A stretch of 64,000 bases of DNA, from contig NW_003314318.1 in assembly GCF_000143415.4 (NCBI RefSeq), forward strand, positions 959,457 to 1,023,456, given 5' to 3'. The notes beneath the pieces were generated by a model, which worked only from the letters and a program-made list of their open reading frames with translations, was not told where the DNA came from and ran no database searches. How positions within the stretch are numbered: position 1 is the first letter of the stretch; each line of letters starts with the position of its first letter. Of this stretch, positions 24,976 to 35,981 are shown in pieces. This stretch comes from Selaginella moellendorffii. Taxonomy: Eukaryota > Plantae > Lycopodiophyta. The position numbers were made by a program, and so were the translations under genes.

Positions 24976-27002
24976 ATATATAGATACATAAACACACACA
25001 TAAAGAGATTTTAAAAAAAAAATTGTATAAAATTATTGATTTTAGGCATTTGCTCCAGATTCAACAAATAACATCTGTCCAATTAGAGGGTAATTGTCAA
25101 AGGGTTAACCACATCTTAGTGAATAGTTGTATTGGTGTTTTCTTTTATCCAATAGGAAGTTGCCAATTACTTGAGGCAAAAGAAAATGTTATGACATATG
25201 TTACATGCAATGTGTTGATTGGCATTAACACTCAACCTTTTGCAATGTAAATTCATTATCTCATATATGATCTTTATAGTTCCTTCCAAGGAATTTAATA
25301 GTTTTTCTTAAGAAAATATATAATTATAGTTTTTTTCCCAATTCTTTTTTCAAAGTGGCATATAATATCTATTGTTTTGACACTATTCAAATTTAATTTT
25401 CAATGTAAATTTTCAATTTTCAAAATTATGACAATCAAAATATATATTATTGCTCAGCATATGCTGTTTAGTTAGGAAACACTGTTTTGATTGTTATAGT
25501 TTTGTTACATTGAAAACTAAATTGGAATATTATCAAAATAACAAATATTATATTCCACATTTGAAAAAAGAATTAATGAAGTAATTATAAGCATGTATTT
25601 CCTCAAAGAAAACTATCAAAATCTTTAGAAGAAATTTCAAGATCCCAAATGATACTCGAATATATTTAAAATACTAAAATTTTAAGAAACTTCATATGCA
25701 AAACAGAAAAAAGTAACAAAAAACTTTCTGAGAATAATGTTTTATAGTTATTAGAATATTAATATAGTTAGTACACTCCTAGATTAAAAAAACAAGAATT
25801 ACTAAAAATAAATTTTTAATTAGATTTTTAATGTAAAGTATGTTTTACTTGGAATATAAATAAATTTATAATCCTAAAATGTTAAGAAAACTAATATATT
25901 ACATTCCAGACTCAATAAAAAGTAAAGAAAAAATACTAAGATTTATTATCATTAATTTAGAGAAGCATTATTTATTTATTATGTGTTTAATTAGAATATG
26001 AATAAATATATAGCTAGGATTTGAAAAAAATATATATTACTCAGATCAAAACAAAGTCTAACTTAGAAATAAAAAATTGTATGTAGGCTTAAAGAAATAG
26101 AATCTAAATAAATTTGTCTAACATTATGCAATATAGTTATTAGCAAAGAATTACTTAGCCATATGTTTTACTTAGAATATAAAAAACTAAAATTTTAAGA
26201 ACACTAATACTACTACCCATACCCAAGTAAAACTAAGGAAAGTATTACATAAAAAAATATTATTAATATATGTTAGATACAAAATATAAATTCAAAACCA
26301 TAGAACTAATAAACTATGCTAAAAGNNNNNNNNNNNNNNNNNNNNNNNNNNNNNNNNNNNNNNNNNNNNNNNNNNNNNNNNNNNNNNNNNNNNNNNNNNN
26401 NNNNNNNNNNNNNNNNNNNNNNNNNATCTATATAGATTTGTTAAATTGCCTGATCAATACATTAGTACAAACAAAGAATTGCCTTTATCAATTGGTTAGG
26501 GGCTACTCTATCTATCAACCAAACCATATACATAAAGAAGAAAACTGTATGACAGAGTAAGTGCCATCTTAGTTATATTAATTGATTCAGGAAGTTTATC
26601 AAAAAAATTGGGCCAGCAAGAAACATTTTTTGTCGCATGCTGTCCATGGCTTGTGCCCCAGCACCCAGTCTCCCATATCTGTGCCTACAAATTCAAATGG
26701 TAAACACTCACTAGAGAATTAAAAGCAATTGGAAATTGGTCAATTTCCCATGGCACTTTGGCTGTTGGAAAGCCATAGCATACTTGGTGCTCCACTACTC
26801 TAGAGTGTTGGTTATAGTGCTCCACTGCTAATCCAATCCTAGGGAAAGAAGTGAGAACTTTTGCAAAAAAGATGGTTAAGCAAGCACATGTTTTGGAGCT
26901 CCTAGGCCTCTATCTCTAGTGTTGGATGGCTACTAACCACCACAAACATCCCCATGCTCGAGTAGGGTCTTTTGCTTCTCCACAATCCCTAGAGCTCCTG
27001 GT

Positions 27003-27770
27003 TTGAAGTGGAATTGTAAAAATTGCAATACCACAAGATCTTTTAGAATTAATATTTTATTTGCAAATAATTATCTCACATTTGCTCAAATGCTTAGAGT
27101 GATGTATTGTTTATGCATTAAAATGCCACAAGATCAAACTTGTATTGAGTGTAGTATTAAAAGTGAGCATACGACAACAAATTAGTACAACTTTTATCGT
27201 AATATTTAATTACAATGAGGTAGTTAAAAAATTGGTGGTCAATAAAAAATTGTGGAAATTGATGAAAGTAAGTTTAGTAAGAAAAAATATAATCATGGTA
27301 GAAAAGTAGAAGGTTAATGGGTTTTTGGAGGAATTAAAAGTGATTCAGATCCAATGTTTATGGTTTGGGTTGCTATTGCACAAACTTTAATTGATATTTT
27401 TTATATATATATATTGAACCAGGTAAGTTCTATTTCTATTATTATTCTTAACTAATAATTATATTTAATTATTTAGGAAGAATTTATATATAGTGATTGT
27501 TGGGCTAGTTATGATTTAGAGTGGTTGAATCAATTAAACTTCACTCATTATACAGTCAACCACTCCCAAAATTTTGTTAATCCTATGATTGGAGTTCATA
27601 CAAATTATATTGAATTGACATAGAATGCAGTGAAAAGATCCCTTCCTCGCTATGGTACAACAAAAGGATTATACAGCTATTACTTTCAAGAATATATTTG
27701 GCCAAAAATATATATTGAAAGAAAGGAAATTTCATTTAATATTCTATGTAGTCATATTAAGCTATACAAT
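27003..27770 (+). mobile_element. Merlin / IS1595(ISXO2)-like DDE transposase pseudogene with a spliceosomal-type intron
   Basis: WNCKNC..SFR..F...L, *YNFYR, KIVEIDESKFSKKKYNHGRKVEG*WVFGGI, IEPG|G, SDCWASY, HYTVNHSQNFVNPMIGVHTNYIE and YFQEYIW. GT-AG intron at 27423-27476. Contains stops and frameshifts. Confidence 0.88.
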
Positions 27771-28240
27771 CAGAATAATGCTGTTATAGTAGAATAAATA
27801 GTATATTTTATTTTATACTTTTAAATAATTAAAAATAATATACTAGAACAATCTTTAATTTATAGTAATGAAATGGCATGCCTATGTAACCAATAAGTTG
27901 GCATGCAAATCTAAATAAGCAAATAATGGGGACCTATTTGTGTGGACTTATTTTTATATTGGGGGTCTCTGCCACTAGTCCTCTACCACCTTTATATTAC
28001 ATATTTCATTTCGTGTCGGTTAAATTTATTGGGTTTATGAGAGGGATTTAACTAGAACAAAAGGCATTTATAAAGTGCGCTTTAAGTGGGGGTTAAGAGG
28101 GGCAATTGCAGCCATTGGTGCAGTGGGGTGGTTGACTGGTGGGGTAGTTTTCATGCCACGACTACTCTATGAAACATTTGAGTTCACTCAATTATACTAG
28201 GCCTTATGATAGACACGTAGATGTTATCCACAGCCATGAA

Positions 28241-29739
28241 ATGGAACTCTATCATCATCGTATAGATGTGGTCGTGTTCCTCCTCTTTGTCTCTCTCATT
28301 TCCTCCAGTGGAGTTCCAATCCCATCTCGACCAGTGCAATGCAACGTGAGAGACTATGGAGCTCTTGGCAATGGATCAACGCTCGAAACCTCCTCAATCC
28401 AGTCAGCAATCAATGCTTGCCACTCTCGCAGCAACAAACTCGGCTCCAAGAGTGTCGTCTGGGTTCCTCCAGGCTCCTACCTCACTGGAACACTCTTCCT
28501 CAGATCCAACATGACGCTCCACATCGACCATGGCGCCAAGATCTTGGGAAGCTCCAGGCAGATGGACTATCCTCCCGAGAAGGATCGATGGTATGTGATT
28601 CTTGCCGAGGGCGTAGAGAATGTGGGGATCACTGGCGGTGGTGAGGTCAACGGCCAGAGCTCCAAGTTTGTGGTGAGATATGATCCAAAGAAGAACATCA
28701 TGACGAGCTGGAATGTCACTGGGAACTGCCTAGGCGATGAATGCCGCCCCAGATTGGTGGGATTTCTACGCTCGACCAAGATTCGCGTCTGGAACATCGA
28801 TCTCCGGCAGCCGGCATACTGGTGGTAAGAACTACGTTGACTAAACGTTTTACTATAGTTGACTATATTTTGACCATAGTTGACCGAGCTGTGACTTTGC
28901 GCAGCTTGCATCTGGTCAACTCGAACTTCATACACATCCACGACATCTCAATCTTGGGCGATTTCGACACGCCCAACAACGATGGTATCGACGTAGATGG
29001 ATCCAACAACACGGTGATCGAGCGCTGCCGGATTGACACGGGCGACGATGCGATCTGCCCAAAGACGACGTACGGACCGCTCGTCAACCTCACCGTCCGG
29101 GACTGCTGGGTACGGACAAAGTCGTGCGGGGTCAAGCTCGGCAGCGCCACCTTCTTCGACTTCCGCCACCTTCGATTCTCAAACTTGATCATCGTTGATT
29201 CGCATCGCGGACTTGGGATCCAGCTCCGGGACGCCGGGAGTGTCTACGACGTGATCTTCGCCAACATTGTAGTGTCCACTCGATACTATGATCCGTCGTG
29301 GTGGGGGAGAGCCGAGCCGATCTATGTGACGGTGTGTCCCAGAGACGAATTCACGCTGGTGGGATCGGTCCACTCGATCGAGTTTCGCAACATCACTGCT
29401 CGATCCGAGAATGGGATCTTTCTCGCGGCGTCTGAGAATGGAGCTGTGATTCACAGCGTGAAACTTGTGGACGTGGATTTGAAAATCGAGAGGTGGACGA
29501 GCTATAGCGGAGATGGAGGGATGCAGGACTTTAGACCGGGATGCCAGGGTCTTATCTCCCACGACAAGAGATCGGGAATGTTTGTCCAGAGGGCGCATGG
29601 CCTGTCGCTACAGAACGTCAGCTTTACGTGGGTGACGAGCAGTGGCGGCGGGGAAGAAGTTCCTATTGAATTTGGTTCCAGGACACCGGAGGACAGTATT
29701 TCTCTCGTCAACTTTGCGAACGATTTCCTGGCTTCATAG
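28241..29739 (+). CDS. Glycoside hydrolase family 28 (polygalacturonase-like) secreted protein, 2 exons (intron 28825-28904)
   Basis: Signal-like N-terminus, NVRDYGALGNG, VPPGSYLTGTLFLRSN, TPNNDGID and TGDDAICPK. The alternative upstream ATG is at 28169. Confidence 0.92.
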
Positions 29740-29920
29740 TAACACTCCCAAATCTATTAATAAGTTCGATCGAGCAAGCTTCGACCAAACATCGATGAAA
29801 GATCACGCTATAGTTTTAGTCTGCTGGAAAGAATCTGTCCAAAAAGAACGAGCAAGAACGATCTACACTATCACTACTAGCTAGAGGGTCTCACTCCAAA
29901 ATCGACCCAAGGAAAGATCA

Positions 29921-31704
29921 TCACCTGGCAAGCATTTCTAGGCTTCCATCCTCGTCTCCTTCCACCTCGGTCTCGTTCTCTCCAGCGTCGCCCTGCTGCT
30001 CTAATAGCCTTCCCATCAGGATCTCCCTCAAGCTCTCGGACAGAGCTTGCAAAATGTCTGGATGCTCCCGCAAGTACTTCTTTGCGTTCTCCTTCCCGTT
30101 GGCAATGTTCTCCGAGTTGTAAGTGTACCAATTGCCACTCTTTCCCACGAGCCCGTGCTTGAAGCCCAGGTCCAACACCTCTCCTTCTTTTGAGATGCCC
30201 CGGCCAAAGTCGATCTCAAACTCGGCTGTTCTGAATGGTGGCGCGAGCTTGTTCTTGGCAATCTTGACTAGTACTTGAGCGCCTACAGTCTGTGAAATAG
30301 CGGTGTTATCTTTGGAAATGACTGGAAGTAAGATCGTTACCTCGTCTCCTTTCTTGAGTAAGTTTGTTCTCCGAATGTTTAGTCTCACCGATGCATAGAA
30401 CTTCAATGCGTTTCCACCAGAAGTTACTTCTATGGGAGCTCCTCCGAAACCTCCAAAGGAGGCAAGTTTGGATCGGATCTGTAGGAAAAACAAGACCCGT
30501 GTCTGAGTGATTTAAGCAATGAATTTTTGTAGTACCTGGTTTATAAATATCAGAATGGTTTGTGAACGTGATAGAGAATGTGTAAGCTTGCGAAGTGCCT
30601 GGCTCATTAGCCGAGCCAGTAACGCCATATGAGAGTCCCCCATTTCACCTTCTAGCTCCACTCGAGGAACTAGAGCAGCAACCTGCAAAAACGAAGAGTT
30701 ACACTCTTTCTCAAACTTCAAATGACAACTTACACTGTCCACAACCAAAACATCCACTGATCCGCTGCGAACTAGTGTGTCTGCGATTGCGAGGGCGTTC
30801 TCTCCACAATCTGGCTGTGCCACGAGCAGCTCGTCAATGTCAATTCCGATAGCCTCGGCAAGTGACTTGTCTAAGGCATGCTCAGCATCGATAAAAACAC
30901 ACCTTCCTAGAAGTAAAAGAACACAAAAAGTAACGTAAGTTATTTCACTTCGCGAGAAAGTGGAAAGACCGACCTCCTTGCTTCTGTGCTTCAGCAATAA
31001 CATGAAGAGCAAGCGTTGTTTTCCCAGACGCTTCCGGTCCATAGATCTCTACAACACGTCCCTGCGCAAAACAGTAAGCTCCAAAGATGAAAAAAAAATG
31101 CTCTCGATCGATCACACCTTGGGAAGACCTCCCACTCCAAGCGCTACATCGAGAGCGAGCGATCCAGTCGAAACCACTGGAACTTGCTTGGACGTGTTCC
31201 TTCCAAGCCACATAACAGCCTCGTCTCCAAACGAGCTCTTGATTTGAGCGAGTGCCGATTGCAATGCTGCTTCCTTCTCGGAATACTCTGACGCTGGATC
31301 GGCAGATGTGGAGTTCTTTTGCTTCTTCTTTCCTGTCACCAAAGGAAGAACAATTAACTCTTTGTGACAAAAACTAGCTTCCATACCTTTCTTAGCATCA
31401 CTCGCAAACGAAGCGTAAGCTCCACCCAAGCTTCTCAATCCATTCACATTCTTCGTTAGCTGCGTTCCAGAGGCTGTGATCGCGAAAATATGAGAGAAAA
31501 TCCACTAACCTGGCAAGAAATCTTGGATTTGCGAGTGTAGCCCCCCAAAACCGCACCGCTGGAGCTCCAAAGAGAGCGCTTGGACACTCTGATCACCGAG
31601 CACACCGATTTCACAGCGAAATCCCGCGAGTAGCGAGCTCCAATGCTCTTCGCCATTGCTCTGGAGAGGCACAGCGCGCCGCCACAGCTCGCAACTCTCG
31701 CCAT
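29921..31704 (-). CDS. RECA: Organellar (probably mitochondrial) RecA, multi-exon
   Basis: [67 protein letters not shown] and [15 protein letters not shown]-terminus resembles an Arg/Ser-rich presequence. Confidence 0.95.
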
Positions 31705-31805
31705 TCCTCCTGGATCGCTTAAACCCTGCGCTAGGGTATACATTTCAAGGTGGCCAATGAGAGCTTGCCATGTGGGCAATGCTTTGCTAATTAGGGTTCT
31801 TACCG

Positions 31806-32944
31806 ATGGCGCTGTTCCATTATTCGTGCTTCCCGCGATTGGGGGCAAGCGCCGCCACTCCTTCCTCCGCTTCCTCCTCTCTTCCGTTCTCCAGATCGGC
31901 GATTGCCGTGGCAATGGCAGCTCCTTCGGCGGTGGAATCGCAAGAATGCGGCGAGGCGGCAGCGGCGGCGATCGATCTCTCCAGGTACCCTATTCCAGTG
32001 ACGCCGCTGACAGGCGCCAAAGAGATCGAGTACGAGCGGGCGCTAGTAGCAGAGGCGTCCATGAAATCCGGCCCCGCGATCACGATCGACGACGTCGTGT
32101 TCCAAGACGAATGGATTCTCGTCATTAACAAGCCTTGTGGAGTCTACTCCGAGCACGTCCTCGTCTCAGTTCCATCGCTCTTGGGAGATTCCTACTCGCC
32201 ACAGTACCCGATCGAGAGTAAGCATTCCTTTTTTATCTAGACGAGAAGCTCACTTTTCATCTTTGTCTTTCGTCCTTTCCGTGAAGAACAGAGAGCCGGG
32301 GCTTTTTCCATCTAGCAAATCGACTAGACAGAGATACCAGTGGGATCATTGTGATTGCCAGAGACAAAGTTGCGGCAGGGAAGCTCACCAACATCTTCAA
32401 GAGCCGGGAGCTGCGAAAGTCCTACGTTGCGCTTTGCGTCGGGAAAGCTCCCCACTGGAAGAGAGCCGTCATTGAATCGGGGCATGGCAAATCAAGGAGA
32501 GGCTGCTGGCGAGTCTACTCCAAGCACGACGTAGAGAGGTCTCTGCCGGATGGATCGGTCGTCAAAGACATGTCAACGAAGATAGAAGTCATGCCGAGCT
32601 CTCTGGATGAAGCGAAAGACAGCGAAGAAGATGATGGAGAGCAGCGGATCGTTGTGGAGGCGAAGATGGTCGATCCAGAGCCCGGCACTGGCGACGAAGT
32701 TTTCATCCGAGCAGTGCCTCTGACGGGACGGACTCATCAGATCAGGCTCCACTGCCAGTTTCTGGGACTTCCTCTGGTCGGGGACGTCAAGTATGGTGGC
32801 CCGCTACACTGGAACGGGGAGAAGTGCCAGAGCCATTTCTTACACTCGGAGAGCATAGCGTTCCAACATCCCATGACAGGCGAAGTGGTGGAAGTGATTG
32901 CCCCGCATCCATCCTGGGCGGCCTCCAAGAACCCTAAAGTTTGA
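31806..32944 (+). CDS. RluA-family RNA pseudouridine synthase with transit peptide, 2 exons
   Basis: ILVINKPCG, HLANRLDRDTSG (catalytic Asp) and LTGRTHQIRLHCQFLGLPLVGDVKYGG. Confidence 0.92.
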
Positions 32945-32956
32945 GTTTTGGATAGA

Positions 32957-35178
32957 ATGGAGCTCCGTAGCAGCAGTCCTGAGGCTTCCAGGGAGGCGCT
33001 TACGTCGCTCATCACCAGGCGCTATAGGATTGCCGGCCCCAATGAGACGGTGCAACTCATGGGCGATTACCTTAAGGTTCGTGGAATGGAGTTTTCGATC
33101 AAATCAACGCATTTCTCTTTCTTCTTCTAGATCCTTCAGCTGGAGGAGCCTCTGAAGAAACTCAGTGTCATTCACGTCGCAGGAACCAAAGGAAAGGTTT
33201 GTGTGGAATTTTTTTCCCTCTTTCTTTTTCTCATTGTAGGGATTCTTTTTTCCACAGGGATCGACTTGTGCTTTCTCCGAGAGCATTTTAAGAGCCTGTG
33301 GATACAAGACTGGCCTTTTTACGTCGCCACACCTCGTGGACGTTCGTGAAAGATTTCGATTCAATGGGTTGGTATGCCTGAATGTCTCTTGCATTTTTTT
33401 TTTAATTTTATGATCTTGGAGCTTGTTCCAGAACTGAAGTGTCGGAAACTCTGTTCCAAGAATATTTCTGGTGGTGCTGGGATCGTCTACAGGTGAGAAA
33501 ACGCTCAAGATATTGTGAGGCTGATTGGTTCTGAGATGATCAGGAAGGATGCAAATCCAACTTGCCTATGCCCTCGTACTTTCGGTTTCTCACATTGCTG
33601 GCTTTCAAGATGTTCACTTCAGAAAAGGTGAACCAAAACATTTTGATCGTCCTGAAACAATCCTCTAAACATGCAGCTGTTTTTCTAGATTGATGTCGCT
33701 ATTCTGGAAGTTGGTCTCGGTGGTAAATATGATCCAACAAATGTGGTATGCTGGGGTTGATGCTAGCTACTGAGCTACACGCAATTTTTCTCAGATAGAA
33801 ACACCGGATGTCTGTGGTATAACCTCCTTGGGATTTGATCACATGGAAATACTCGGTAAGATTCTGTGTCAATTTGGAAAAACTCTCTGATTTGCATTGT
33901 CCGTGGTCGTCCAGGACACACGCTCCCCGAAATTGCTGGGGAAAAAGCGGGAATCCTCAAGGTATTTACTCCACATTTCGGAACTGTTCTTTCTGAGAAT
34001 GCCTAGAACCTCACAGCCACGGGTTTCTGCTTATACTTCGCCTCAACGCGAGGATGCCATGGCCGTCCTCCAAGCACGAGCAGCTGATCTATCGGTAAGA
34101 TCCATTTTTTCCTTCAAAGCTTTGATCTGTGACTCTTTCAGATTCCACTCCAAGTCGTCCATCCTCTAGCAGACACTGGAAACTTGGAACTTGGGCTCAA
34201 GGGCGATCACCAGCTTGTAAATGCGGCTTTGGCAGTGTCACTGTGCAAGCACTGGATCAAGAAAAGGGGGAGCGACGAGGCTATGGGAAATGTAAGCCTC
34301 GCATTTCACTGAAACCACCTTAACTGTTTTCTTGCTTGCATGCATTCTAGGATGATCTCCCTGACGCGTTCAAGACCGGCCTAGCAAGCGCGCAACTGTT
34401 AGGCCGTGCTCAGATTGAACGCGATCTCGAAAACTTGATGCTATACTTGGATGGTGCGCACAGTCCAGAGAGCATGGAAGTGTGCGGCAACTGGTTCTCA
34501 AAGGCTGTAAAGAGTTCTTGCCAAAAAAATCCAAAGCAGGTACTTCTAGTCGTGTGATCTTCTCTCGCTGATTTGCTTCTACTCGCAGATCATGGTGTTC
34601 AACTGCATGCCGGAGAGAGACCCGGCGATCCTCTTCCCGTCCCTTTTGAACGCGTGTCGCGGCCAAGGTGCTCTTGCGTGATTTCTTGTTTTTGCGTCTC
34701 ACAGCTTCGTTTTCTAACAGGTGTTCGTATTGACAAGGCGGTGTTTGTGTCCAACAGTCACGGAACCCCGACATCGGACTTGAAATGGCAGCGATATCTT
34801 CAGAAATGCTGGGACAGTCTTCAATCACCAGGTTCGTTTTCTTGTCTCAAGCTTCTGCTTGAAGGAACAACCACTGACAACGATGTGAATTTATTGTAGC
34901 AGCGGGTAGAGATGAGTTTTGCAATCCGGTCGCTACTCAAGAAGAAGGAGAAGCAGTGAGTACGACGGAGTATAGCATGGTGATCCCGTCTCCTGGTGTG
35001 GCTTTAAACTTCCTACGGCGACTAGCGCGAAGCTGTCCTTCATTCTCCGTAAACGTAAGGAGAGATCCATTCGCTCTTTTCTTTCCATCTTTCTAGAAGT
35101 GCTGATCTCTTCTTGCAGGTTTTGGTAACTGGTTCGCTTCATCTGGTTGGAGATGTCTTGAACCTTTTGAAGCGGTAG
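32957..35178 (+). CDS. FPGS: Folylpolyglutamate synthase / dihydrofolate synthase, multi-exon
   Basis: [70 protein letters not shown] and [14 protein letters not shown]. Confidence 0.93.
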
Positions 35179-35399
35179 AATTACCATTCTCTTGGTAAAG
35201 AGTTATACTATTTGGAGGGAAATGGATCATTGCTGTTCTTCAAGTCACTGACAAGCTTGTCAACCAGCACTCTGGTGACACGATCCATCAGATAAATATG
35301 CGAGTAGTGACGAGACTCCATTTCCCCGGTGCTGGGATTCACTACCCCGCTGACAACCTGGTTGCACAGCGAAAACCTGGTCACGATCTCGTCACTGGG

Positions 35400-35790
35400 G
35401 CCTCACCGCCAACGCCAGAGGGCTTCGAGCAACATACAAATCCATGCCAAGCATTGCCTTCGCAAAAGAGTAGTGCGTGTCTTGCGAGTAGAATGCGCTT
35501 TTTGTAGAAACAGAGGAGATTGGCTCAAAGGCTTGATGGAACTCTGGCGATAGATGGGACGTTTGTTATTGTCATTGTTGGAGACTAGGAACTTCCCAGC
35601 GAGGTAGTCTCGGGCATTCCACATAGCGGTGATGTTTCCTTCAGTGGAACCCATGGCGAGACAAAACCCCCAGTAAGAGATGCTTGGTGTGGCCACCTCG
35701 CATCGAGCATAATAATCTAGAACAGCACGCATATATTGTGTTTGTGTTTGTATGTAAGCTCCCGGTTTGAAACGGATCTCCAGCATTGTT
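35400..35790 (-). pseudogene. Fragment of an unidentified multicopy coding-like family (copy 1)
   Basis: Reads RDYLAGKFLV...YRQSSI then shifts frame. High nucleotide similarity to 40425-40610 in the opposite orientation. Confidence 0.5.
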
Positions 35791-35981
35791 TATCTGCTAA
35801 AACACTCACAGGTAAAATGTGAAACTCGAGCTCCCCTTGCGCTCCTCCGAGTGAAACACAATGAAAAGATTCTCTTGATTATAATCGATTTGGGAATTGG
35901 CACGGGGTTAAAATATTTAAAACCTTTAACACCAGCTTTAGTTTTTTAGGGCTGCATTTTAAGTCTCTGTTTTAGGGCGGC

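Noticed and set aside
29921-31704. Bacterial-like recA as contamination or recent HGT
   Set aside because: It has multiple spliceosomal introns and a targeting peptide, as expected for an ordinary nuclear-encoded organellar RecA.
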